A stretch of DNA of 64,000 nt from contig CM052818.1 in assembly GCA_028534125.1 (NCBI GenBank), positions 21,888,001 to 21,952,000 on the forward strand, read 5' to 3'. Origin of the DNA: Lama glama (lineage: Eukaryota). Of the stretch, positions 38,600 through 50,503 are shown in pieces. How positions within the stretch are numbered: the first letter of the stretch is position 1; every line of letters begins with the position of its first letter. The position numbers and the translations under genes are program-made. A model generated the notes under the pieces. The model worked only from the letters and a program-made list of their open reading frames with translations. It was not told the origin of the DNA and searched no databases.

Positions 38600-39099
38600 N
38601 NNNNNNNNNNNNNNNNNNNNNNNNNNNNNNNNNNNNNNNNNNNNNNNNNNNNNNNNNNNNNNNNNNNNNNNNNNNNNNNNNNNNNNNNNNNNNNNNNNNN
38701 NNNNNNNNNNNNNNNNNNNNNNNNNNNNNNNNNNNNNNNNNNNNNNNNNNNNNNNNNNNNNNNNNNNNNNNNNNNNNNNNNNNNNNNNNNNNNNNNNNNN
38801 NNNNNNNNNNNNNNNNNNNNNNNNNNNNNNNNNNNNNNNNNNNNNNNNNNNNNNNNNNNNNNNNNNNNNNNNNNNNNNNNNNNNNNNNNNNNNNNNNNNN
38901 NNNNNNNNNNNNNNNNNNNNNNNNNNNNNNNNNNNNNNNNNNNNNNNNNNNNNNNNNNNNNNNNNNNNNNNNNNNNNNNNNNNNNNNNNNNNNNNNNNNN
39001 NNNNNNNNNNNNNNNNNNNNNNNNNNNNNNNNNNNNNNNNNNNNNNNNNNNNNNNNNNNNNNNNNNNNNNNNNNNNNNNNNNNNNNNNNNNNNNNNNNN
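38600..39099. other. Assembly gap (500 N)
   Basis: Run of N. Confidence 1.
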
Positions 39100-39919
39100 A
39101 AAAAAAAAAGAAGCATCTACCCTTTTCTTGTAAAGGTTTAAAAATTCCTATTAGTTAATTTTGCCTCTTGTATAGTCACAGACAAACTCCCAGCTCCTTC
39201 CATCCCCTACCCACCAAAGCTGGCATCAAAAGAGCAGAAACCTCGGGGCAAAAATTACACAGCCTGGACATGAAAGGGTAAGCTAGGCCATTCAGCTCCT
39301 CTGTGCCTAACCTTTCCTCAGCGGTAGCTGGGTAGCGCACGGGTAATAAATAAGTGGTGCTTGTTGTTGGGATGAAAATTTCCAGCCCGTGAAACGTGTG
39401 ATTTATGGCGGTAAGACATTCAGATCCAGTTTCTGGGTGAGGGCAACTGAGGCAGGAGCCTCCGAGCCCCTGAGCTTTAAGGTGTCTCCCCAGAATGTAT
39501 CAGGACACAGATTGACCAAATCAGCTGTTTTCCTTATTTCTTCAAGTTCCAAAGTCCAAATGCTTTCCTGCTGAGTAGTTATTTTGTAAGGAGGAAGGGG
39601 AAGTAAAAAGGCAGACTCTTTCTGAAGGCTCTCAGCTGGCTCTGGCAATGCCTCTTCCCTCTCCCCAGTTAACCCCACCCTTGTTCGGGCTCCAAAACTT
39701 AAGTGACCCAAAAACAAGCCCATAGCATAGACCAAGGCGCTGCTTTCCCATCTCCCAAAGATGAAATTCCAAGTGTTTGCAAATAAATACCCCATGCAGC
39801 AAAATTTCACTGGTAAGAAGGACATCATCCTTGTCCCAACGCCCACAAGAAGGGCCTTTTGCCAAAATGAATGGGAAATCATTGGCCTAATTAACATCCT
39901 GTGATCTTAGATCTAAAAA

Positions 39920-40330
39920 TGACCCGGAGCCGGGTAAACAAGGTGACGTAAGCCGTTGGGCAGGGAGTGGCTCTCTACTGCCACCTGGAGGAGAGCGTCC
40001 GCAATGGCGCGGAGGCTCTGGGCTACTGCGAAGCGGTCCTTGGTCGCTGGAAGCAACCGGAGAAAACGGGAGCGAGCCGGCTAGACGCGGGCAGGGGAAG
40101 GGAAACACAGAGGGGGCTAAAAAGACGGGGAAGAGGTCCTCCGCGACCTCAGCTAGAGGAAAACGAGGTCTGTGTAATCCACGCCATGGGACATTGTGGC
40201 GATGACCCTGCTGGCTTCGTCCTGGGAACATTCCTTTTATAAAAGGACTCAGGCACCATGAACTCTCGCTAGAAAAAATAATGGCTAGAACTACGTGGGG
40301 AAAGGGCGTCCAACGCTGGAGACGCTTGAT
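39920..40330. promoter_or_regulatory. Small CpG-rich promoter/insulator-like element
   Basis: Local CpG enrichment with no repeat I recognise; GTAAACA (FOX-type) 39934-39940, TGACGTAA (CRE/ATF-like) 39944-39951, CTGCCACCTGGAGG (CTCF core-like) 39978-39991. Confidence 0.6.
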
Positions 40331-43300
40331 GAAGCAACCCCCAGTTTCTGAAAGGAGAAGCAGTGGCGTGGGTATTTTAGTAACAAAGGGCCATCAGATT
40401 TTCTGTTTTACTTGGAGCGTCACTGTGACTTTAGTGGGGGATGGAGTGCAGGAGTGTAACAGTCCTAATTTACTTTCTTGTCAGGCTAATGTGAGAATGA
40501 GGCTGCGGAGTTTTCCTATTATGTAACCAGCATGCTGGGAGATGCCCTAAAAATGTGCTGGAGGCTGGGAGAAGGTCAGCGGCGCTCTGATTCCTTCCCC
40601 ATGTAGATGATCCACAAGAGGAAAATGAGGAGATTTTTGACTTGACAGCAACAAAAACAAAACCAAACCCACTTTATGTTTGGATTAGTCAGTTTTTGCT
40701 GCATTGCAAACTACATCAAAATCTCAGTAGCTGAAGACAACAGGCATTGATTTTTCTTGTTAATTGCAGGTCTGCCTTGGTCCCATCTGAGCTGGGCTCA
40801 CCTGGGCTGGCTGAGTTAGGCTGGACTCTATGCTTCAGGTCTGACAGGTCTGCTCAATGTTGTTCCATTTCTGGACCCAGGTAAAAAGGACAATCCCCAA
40901 GGCGTGTTCTTCTGCTGGGTAGGGCGGCCAATTCAAGAGGCCAAGTCAAAATAGGCAAACACACTTGAGCCTCTGTTTGGATCTTGTTAGTTAATATTCC
41001 AGTGGGTAAGGCAAGTCCAACGTCAGCTTGGGGAGGGGTGGGTACAAACTCTGCTTACTCTAGTAAACTGATCCAGACCAGAGTAGAACCTGCAAGTCAT
41101 TGTCTGCTCACTGGAGACATGTGCTTCTTGTGGGAGAACTGCAGAGTGAGGATGGCCAAGATAATCCTTACGCAGTATTGGTGGTCTCCAACATGAAGTC
41201 AGTGTTGCCTAAGGGACACTTTAATTGCCCTTTTATTCACTTCTATCACTAGCTCTTTCTGTGCCTTCCACTTATGATATTATGTATTCATAATGGACAA
41301 GAGACACAATACCTTTGTCACGTCTGGTCTTCTTTGTGACGTCCTGTCGTTCTGTCTGTAGCATGAGACAGGGTTTACTCAAAACTCCCTGTGCCAAAAA
41401 GGCAAGGAGTTACGCACGTATCACCTGTGGAACAACAGGGGGAGAGTGTCTGAGACGGCAGCATGCTGTGTCGAGCAGAGCACTAGATTTGAGAATCAGG
41501 ACACCCAGGTTTCTAGTCCAGTACTGGAATTTGGAAGGGTAGCAGGAACCAGCAACCAGATGCCTTTAAATCAGCCTCATGGAGTAGCTTGGACTTTATC
41601 CTGTGCACTGGGCATGACAGGGTTTTGAAAAACCTTTTTGGCAACAGTGTGGAAAACTTGGATTGGAGGTGAGGAGATGAGTTAAGATAGAGACCAGGTG
41701 AAAAGTAATGAGGTTGTTGCCCAGGAATGAGGCACTGAAGATGGAAAAAAGGGATGAAATAAAGAGCCTTTAGAAGCAGAATTGTCAGGAAGGACTTAAA
41801 GGCAGTTAAATATAAAGAGAAGGGGAAAGAAAAGGAAAATGGGGAGTCAAAGATGAATCTAGGGTCCAGCGTGCGTCACACAAGTAGGGTTAAATATTGT
41901 CTCTCAAAATCTTTGTTACAGCTTCTTAAATGTATGTATGTATAGTCTGGCAGGCTTTGTAAAATGTATTTCTTTCCAGGGCTGGCAAAAACAAAAAATT
42001 CTACAAAATGGAGTATACTGGTATTTCCCAAACTCGTCATTTATATACCTCATTCAGAATTTTTGCCATATTCAAATAATACCTGCACCATTAATTAATC
42101 GTTAAATGAGGTCACTTTTTTACACAGGTACTTAACTGCGGGCTCTTCCTTAAAAAAATAAATAAGTGAAATCATGATTTTTGAATTGCCACTTATGTTT
42201 TTATACATATTGAAACAATACAAGGCCATTAGACAATTTAAATCGATCTTTGTACGCCCTGAAATTCTTACTTCCCATGCCCTCAGTTGTGGCTGGGTTA
42301 GACTTAGGAAACCCTTGACCTGGGTGAGAGCAGAAGCCACTAGGATTATCCACATTTTGCTTTCTTTGCTTTCCTTTTGGTTCCCATTCAGATTGTATCA
42401 GCGTCCAGCCCTGGAGGGCAGGTCTAGTGTTTGCATCCATTGCAGGCAGTGAACTTTAACAGATATGGGCTGGAGGTGGTCATCCAAACACATGGGGGGC
42501 TGACCTGGAATGTCTCACATCCCCAGCCTCTGAAAGCTGCTTTAAGAGCAGCCAAGCCACGTGAGCTGGGTGCCTCGTATTCTGCAGCCACGAGTGCAGA
42601 TGGGGCCTTGGGCTCTTCCTTGCTTCTCCGATGTTCTCCGCGATGACTTTCCAGGGGCCACGTGTTCAGGTCTAGATGGGGAGGGCCGCAACTTGATCTT
42701 TTGTTCCCATTTGATGTATGAAGATCTCTACAGGCGATTATCAAGGTAAAGTTTAATTAATTCTGCACCACTGGATTGGATAACATGAGGCATGTCACTG
42801 AACCTCTCTGAACCTGTTTGCTCTTTGTAAAACGGGAGGTTGGGCTGGTGACCTCATAAAGTGTCTTCCTCAACATCTTACTGTGCTCAGCGATTTGGGA
42901 GAGGACAGTTGTGTTTCTTCTTTGAACTCTTGTTCAAGTCTTTGCCCTTTGTGTTGTGTTTGTTATTAATTTTTTAATAGGACTATTTGTTCTAATAATT
43001 AAAACTTACAATGGTCATTGTATATGAATGTTGTATGTGTATTTCACCCTGTTGTTTCATCCTTGTTTTTGTGGAATAAAGAGACTTATTTTTTGTCACC
43101 TGTGGAGACATTTTGATTTTAAAGAACCCCAACTGATAATCTTTTCCTGAGGGTTTCTGTTTTAAAACATCTTCCTTATTCCAAGATTGTAAAAATATGC
43201 ACTCAGTTTATCTTTTGGAATTTTAATGGATTCATTTATTCTATTTTTAATTGTAGACATTTTAAAATGTATTCTATATAAGAGGTGAGATGGCGATTCA

Positions 43301-46300
43301 CCTTTATTTTCTTGTTTAAATGTGTCCATTCCTCTTTGGCATGTTTAAACTCTTGTACAAATGAAATTATTTTTATTTATTTATATTTTAAAACTATAGC
43401 AACAATATTTACTCCCAGCCTCACTGCAGATTTTAAAGCATTTCAAAACTTAACCGTAAATGGTCACTTTAATGACTGTCAACATACAAGAGCTCTCAAA
43501 GGAGCGGGCTTCCCGTTTCTATCATGGTAATTAGTAGTTGTAATCATAGCAATCAGTAGAAGTAGAATATGAATCATAATTGTAAGTAACTCAGTTTCTA
43601 TGACTTTGGAGAAAGGAGGACTAGAATCTAGGGAGGTTATTCCAGAGACCAGGGTTTCTGTGCAGAAATAGAAAGTTAGAGGCATTTTCTCCCCAGGGGC
43701 CCTCTCCCCACTCCAAATACCCACTGTTCTCTCCTTCTCTCTACCTCACTTCATGTCTTAGAATCTACTCTCAGATCTTCATTCACACTGAGGTGTTGAT
43801 GACTGGTTTCTTATCCAACACAGCTATTCCCAGTTGAGTGCAAGGTATGTGGAAATTAACTTGTGACTAATAATAGCATGCTGAAGTCTGAGATACTTCT
43901 GAAGAAACCTAAGTTGACTTAGTGTTCCCACTGAAATCAGTGCACCTGATCTCATTTGCATCCTTCTTTTGTGAGAGAGAGAAAGGTATGCTGGTAATTG
44001 TCCAGAACCGCTTGACCACAGTTCATCAGGATATAATGATGTACCCTTAATAGCGAGGCCACTTCAGATTGCCATGCGAATGAGTTAAGTTTATATGGTT
44101 GCTTTCATTTTCTTTTTAATGTTGTCCAAGGATAAATTTTTTTTAATTGAAGTATAGTCAGTTTACAATGTTGTGTTAGTTCTGGTGTACAGCATAGTGG
44201 TTCTCAAGCATACATTTTTGACAAGTTCACCACATCTCTATTGCAATGAGGAAGAATGATGCTGGAAACATATTTGTTACAAACACTACAAAAATGATGA
44301 TTATTTAATGAAAGACTTAAAGTGATGACACAAATGAAATGGACTATTATTCACACAGGTATTCAGTAAATATTTGTTGAATGTATGAATAAACGAATAT
44401 TTTAAACATTAAAATCTATTTATGTAGTTAAATGAAGTAGGGTTTCTTGCTGCTTTTCTGAAATATTTACCCACTTTTAATAAAACCTGTGGTGTAAAAG
44501 CAGCACTTTCAGAAATGTTTTTCAAAATAGAGTTTAAGATTCTTTTAAAAGTTACTCTTGTATAGTTTTTCATTATAAAATACTGGTTTTTAGGAGCAGA
44601 ACAAAAGTCCTAACTGATGAGATGAGACAGAGAACAAGAGAATGGTAATGTCTGAGGGTATAAAGAAGTGGCAGCTGGCTTCTAAGTTCTGTACAGGATC
44701 CCTGGGCTCAGGACTGTCTTACCTAACCAGGTAAAAGGCTTCTATGAATGCCTTATCTACTTTAGAAATATTTTTCTATAGTGTTTGCCTTATTTCTTTG
44801 CCTGCTCCCCTGAACTTACTTTGTTTGTTAGATAAAACAAAACTGGGTTTTCTGATAGGAGTTTAAGTCTTTGTCTTCCAAAGGGAGAAAAAAATGTGAG
44901 AAACAAAAATTTGAGAATTGGGACTTTTAAACTAATGTTCCCAATCACACAGACACGTATAAACACACACAATTCAGAGCCTTCAACGAGAGGAAGGAGG
45001 CCCCAAGAGTAAAATGGAGGCAACAGCCAACAGGTTGAAGCTCTGAAACCACACTGTGCGCAACCTCCCACCCCTCGTCCACTTGCAGAGTCAGCTCTGC
45101 GGCAACGCTGCTCTGTGCTGGGGGTTCCATGTGTCATTCTTCATTGCTGGAAGGAAAGTGGAGTTGGGACCATTATTTGGAGCCAGTGGCCAGACATGCT
45201 GCTTTTACCAGTTGCGTATAACATAGACATTCTCTCCCTCCCCAGCCTGCCATCAAAGAGCAGGATAATTGAGGTCTCCCTGGCTCACAGGAGGCATCGA
45301 GTATTCACCTCAGGGTCCCTTCCAGGGGGCTCGTTGACTTGGGATTTCAGTTCCAACTCCCCAGGCAGTTTCCCCAGCAACAAACGGTTTTTCAGTCCTT
45401 TTAAATTCATCTAAGGACACAAACTATGCAGAGTAGTCAGGATAGAAGCCATGTGAGCGACAAATAACAAAGCCCGAATTGCGTCTAGTGGGCATTGAGT
45501 TTCAGTGACTTCATGTTGGCTAAATATAGGTGGACACTTGGTGCACTGTGCGTGCCAGGGAGAACCATGATGCAATCGTCCCCTCCCCCTGATGGAAGGG
45601 GGAGGACCAGGGTCAGAAGGCAAGAATGAGATTGCCTAATAAATGGGCACTTGTAATGGTCCCCGGCTCCACTCGCATCCAAGGTTTGTACATGCACACA
45701 CACTACACAGCTTTAAAACAACATAAATACTTAGCTTCTGGTCATAGTTTAAAAGAATTGCTTTTATTTTTTAATTTAATTGTTTCAATTTTCTTTTTTG
45801 TCTTAATTACATAAGAAATTCACCTCCATCTTAGAAAATGTAGAAATAAGAGTAAGTACTAATTTTTATGAACAGATGCCAGGAACTCTCTGCTCTAGTG
45901 GCTTTGTCAACTCATTTAATCCTAACAATAACTCTGTGAGCTAGGTACAGTCATTATCCCTGTTTTAAAACTGAAAAAGAACAAGGGATGGGTTCAGTAA
46001 CCAGCTGAAGTTCACCTAGTTAGAAAAGTGAAGAATGGGAGTTAGACGCAAGTTTACCTGATATCAAATTTCATTCTCTTAAACTCTAGGCCAGTGCTGT
46101 TCAATAGAAATAAACTGTGAGCCACATACATAATTTAAATTTTTCTGGTAGCCACATTAAAAGAAGTAGAGAGAATAAAAAATAAAATGAAAAAAATCTG
46201 TCCTCCACCAGCAGAGAAATCCGAGAGGCCCCCAACTATCTTCATGGGTATTGTGGAGTCAAGAAAACGCAGCACCGTTTCTGTCCTCAAGGAGGTTTTA

Positions 46301-47129
46301 AGCTACCTGGGCACACTAATGTGGGAAACACTATTACTTGACTCCACAGTATCCATTCTGTCTTCTTCCTTTGCTGGAAGAACCCCAGTTGTATCCAAAT
46401 ATCCACCTCTTTCCCACATGACTCCAGAAGGAAAGGCTGTATCCCCGCTTCAGGAATAAACCTTGTTTGATTTAGCTCAGTCATGAAGGTCTCAGTCCCT
46501 TTGACAGTCAGTAATTGACATGAGAGGGGCTATCTGACCCAGTTCTGGCCAAGAGATATTGGGATGGTGGGGGGAATGTGTTGGAGGATTTCAGAGAAGG
46601 ACTCTTTGCTTTTCAAAGAGACAAAAGGGAGAGACAAACTTTTTGCCCTTTGGGTATCGATGTGCCTAATGCCTGGAACTTCTGTACTCAGTTTGTGACT
46701 GAGCAAGAAGCAGCCTGAAGTCAGAACCAATACCCTGAGGATGACAGAATAGAACAGTGAAAAGAATTTGTATCTTTGATGATATTGTTGAGCTGCTGAA
46801 TTAAACAATCCTGAAACTCCCATACCTGTGGGTTTTTTCTTGTATGAAGTAATATGTCTCCTTAATGTTTAAACCAATTTGAATTCAGTTTTACGTTCCT
46901 CGCAGCCCAAAATATTCTTCCAGCAATAACTAAATATGTACATAACTAATTCTATCACCATGGGCAGATTACTCTTCTCTAGACTTCACTTTTCTCCCAT
47001 GGAAAGTGAAGAATATGGACAAAACAAATTCTACAGTCCCGTTAGCCCTAACCAATCTACCTTAAGTGTCACTGATTATTCTAGGCTGTCAGTCACAACT
47101 GCCATATGTGTGATTCAGAAAATAAGTGC

Positions 47130-48040
47130 TCTGTGACTCAGCAATACATCTGGTAGGGATATAACCAAGAGAAATTAGTGTGTATGTCCTCCAAAAGATA
47201 CTTAGAAGAATATGCAAATAAGCTTTATTCATAAGAGCCAAAATCTGGAAACGACCTGTATCAGCCAAGAGTTCTCTGGAGAAACAGAACAAATAGGACA
47301 TATACGTATATGTATTAAGAAATTTATTTTAAGCAGTTGGCTCATGCAATTGTGGAGACTGGCATATCTGACATCTACAGGGCAGGTCAGCAGGCTGGAA
47401 ACTCAGGCAGGAGTTAACACTGTAGTCTTTAGGCAGAATTGTTTTCTTCTCTGGGAAACTCAGTTTTTGCTTATAAAGCATTCAACTGATTGGGTAAGGC
47501 CTTTCCCACATTATGAGGGGCAATCTCCTTTACTTAAAGGCAACTGATTGTAGATACTACTGCATGTACACTTACCTAGTAACACCTAGATTAGTGTTTG
47601 ATTAAATGACTGGGCCCTATAGCTGTGCCGAGTTGACTCAGAAAGCTAACCGTCACAAACCCAACACTCATCCACAGGAAAATGGAAAAATAAATTATGG
47701 TATATTCATACAAAGAATAAAAAGATAATATGCAATAAAAAGAATAAAATGCTATTGGATCACAACATGGATGAGTATCATAGACAAATATCACAGGCTG
47801 AAGAGGCCAGATAAAAAACTGCATACTCTATGATCCCCTTGTATAAATTTTAAGAACAACTAAACTGACAGATGGGAGTAGAAGTCTGATGGGGGTTATG
47901 GACTGGGAAAGGGCACAAGGGAATCGATCTTCTGAGTGCTAGAAATGTTTGATATTGTGATCTGATGGCTACCCAGGTAATATACATAAAAGTTCATTGC
48001 ATTGTACAGTAAAAACATGTTGTACTTTAACATTTAAAAA
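47130..48040 (+). mobile_element. Old L1M 3' end with a nested MLT2 (ERVL) LTR at ~47258-47655
   Basis: L1 ORF2-end/3'UTR motifs interrupted by tgtatcagccaagagttct...gctcatgcaattgtggag...caactgattggg.aaggcc...aagctaaccgtcaca. Confidence 0.8.
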
Positions 48041-48052
48041 TAACCTATCAAA

Positions 48053-48205
48053 GAGGGGAGGTTATAGCTCATTGGTAGAGTGCCTGCTTAACATGCACAA
48101 GGTCCTGGGTTCAATCCCCAGTACCTCCATTTAAAATAAATGAACAAACAAACAAACAAACAAACCTAATTACCTTTCCCCAAAGGAAAAAAGATTATTT
48201 AAAAA
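48053..48205 (+). mobile_element. Vic-1-like SINE
   Basis: GAGGGGAGGTTATAGCTCATTGGTAGAGTGCCTGCTTAACATGCACAAGGTCCTGGGTTCAATCCCCAGTACCTCCA plus AAACCTAATTACC tail. Confidence 0.9.
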
Positions 48206-49262
48206 ATAATAATCTGTCAAAAAATTAAAGAAAAATACTACAGGAATCTAGAGGTGGGAAGGACTATTCTAATCAAAAATAACAAAGGGAAGGCTTCCTG
48301 GAGACTGTGGGTTGAGCTGGCCTTTGAAGGGTGAGTGGAATCTCAGAGACAAAGAGAAGAATCAAACAAAGTTATGGCAGAGGAAATGTGTAAGGCATGG
48401 CCAAGGGGTGATGATTTTTTTTTTTTCTGTTAAGGAAGCCACTTTTACCCAGAAAACATATATAAATACAGTACACTGCAAGTAATGTAGAGTAGGAGTT
48501 AAGAGCATAGCCTTTGGGGTTGGAGATTTCTGGATTTGAATCCTGGCTCTGATGCTTCCTAGTCTGAATGAGCGTTTTGGACCTGTTTTCTCATCTGTGA
48601 AGTAGAACATCTGTGAAGTATGTACTGATCAAGGTTGTGGAGAGAATTAAACACAGTAATTTGTGTGATGTGCTTAGCACAGTGCTGTGCACACAGAGAA
48701 AGCCCTCCGTAAACAGAAGCTATTGCAACTACTACCGCTTCTATAACTGCCAGGCTGGACCATCTGGCCACTTTCACTTGAGGGTGGTACTGCCCAAGGG
48801 AGGAGGAACGGCCTAGTGATCACTTTGGGTCCTTTCAAGCCCTCAAATCTATAAAACCTTATAAAACCAATGACTAAATCAGAGCAAATGACTGAGGATG
48901 TTTCTTTCAAGCCATTCTGATATCATTTCCCCTTCATAGTCTAGTCTTTGGTCATCCCTAACTATACTCTTTGATCATGGCAGCACACACCTCTGTCCCG
49001 GATAGGAGGACATAGGGCAGCCCATGCTCTAAACGACCTTACATGTTGGTAGTCACACACACATTCACACAGAGTCCTGAAGAGTGTATGAAAGTCTTTT
49101 ACTTTGGGTGTTCATCACACATCCCATCTCTTTAGAGACCACAAGGAGAGTTAGAGATGTGGGACTATTCACATGTTTTTCTCAGTAGTAATCTTCAAAC
49201 TCCCCATGGCCCACCGCCTAATTGGTTTTTTTAAAAACTGAGGTAAAGTTTACATAATATAA

Positions 49263-49831
49263 CCAAAAGATACATGCACCCCAATGTTCATGGCAGCACT
49301 ATTTACAACAGCCAAGACATGGAAACAACCTAAATGTCCATCAACAGATGACTGGATTAAGAGGTTGTGGTACATTTATACAATGGAACACTACTTACCC
49401 ATAAAAAGAAATAAGATAATGCCATTTGTAGCAAGATGGATGGACCTGGAGATTACCATACTAAGTGAAGTAAGCCAGAAAGAAAAAGAAAAATACCATA
49501 TGATACCACTTTTATGTGGAATCTAAAAAAAAAAAAAAAGACAGAAATGAACTTATTTACAAAACAGAAACAGACTCACAGACATAGAAAACAAACTTAA
49601 GGTTACCAGGAGGCAAAAGGGGAGGGAAGGGATAAATTGAGAGCTCAAGATTTGCAGATACTAACTATTATATATGAAATTGATATACAACAAGTTTCTT
49701 CAATATCTTGTAGTAACCTATAATGAAAAAGAATTATGAAAAGGAGCAAATGCATATATATGTATGACTGAAATACAGTTCTGTACACCAGAAATTGACA
49801 CAACATTGTAAACTGACTATACTTCAATTTA
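49263..49831 (+). mobile_element. Truncated young L1 3' end inserted into an older minus-strand L1MB end (~49225-50085)
   Basis: ORF 49284-49526 is ORF2 C-terminus; imperfect TSD AAAGTTTACATAATATAA / AAAGTTTACATGACATAA. Confidence 0.9.
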
Positions 49832-50299
49832 GAAAGTTTACATGACATAAAATTAACAATTTTAAAGCACTCAATTCAATGACATCTAGCACGTTCATGG
49901 TGTGGTGCCACCACCACCTCTGTCTAGTTCCAAAACATTTTATCACCCCAAGGAAAACTCTGTACTCATTAAGCAGTCACTCTCTATCCCTCCTTCTTCC
50001 AGCCCCTGACAGCCACTAATTTACTTTTTGACTCTATGGATTTAATCATTCTGAATATTTCACATAAATGAAATCATATGTATGTGCCCCGCCACTTACT
50101 TTTTGCATTGGTGTTCCTAGCCCTGTTTAAATGTCTGCTCCCTTGTGATTAGCAGAGGAAACTTTTCACCCTTGGACTGTCTACATCTTCTTCCTTCTCA
50201 ACAGTCCCTGAGTCCTTTTATCTCCTTTTGCTCTCATCTCCGGGGTCTTGCTTCTTGTTAGGTTACCTATCCTTCAACTCCATACAGATTCATGCAAGA

Positions 50300-50503
50300 G
50301 CTGTGCTATCCAGTACTAACCACCCACCACATGTGGCTATTTAAATTATTAATTAAAATTAACATTAAAAATTCAGTTTCTCAGTCACAGTAGCAACATT
50401 TCAAATGTCCAATAGGCACATATAGTTAGTGATCTACGAATGGGTCAACTCAGATAAAGAACATATTTAGCATCCCAGAAAGTTCTATTGACTAGAGCCA
50501 CTC
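50300..50503. mobile_element. MER3/MER33-like hAT MITE
   Basis: gctgtgctatccagta...cacatgtggctattta...aattcagtttctcagtcaca...agaaagttctattg. Confidence 0.75.

Larger units (their letters stand above)
31240..39812 (+). pseudogene. Decayed exon candidates: 31240-31376, 31663-31821, 32068-32270, 32531-32602(+), 34142-34422, 35488-36413, 37304-37535, 39669-39812
   Basis: Several near-consensus sites (TAG|GTAAGT 31377, ttttattctcttccag| 31662, AAG|GTATGT 32271, ttccttccacag| 35487, |GTGAGT 36414, |GTAAGT 37536, ctctccccag|...|GTAAGA 39813). Phase-matched joins give GLSTIR|QRRRRRLLELDRLMISNF*SDLHDQIL, EVLERQIRK|NSLTSF*KYPVLARL*RTQEKLLE and GVSLWNQ|LLSLGYKGIPEERY. No domain recognised. Confidence 0.5.

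Noticed and set aside
38553..39158. Long ORFs of 182-201 aa
   Set aside because: Artefacts of translating through the 500-N gap.
48053..48130. tRNA-like sequence, also in the other SINE copies
   Set aside because: These are diverged SINE heads with a shared tail and TSDs, not tRNA genes.
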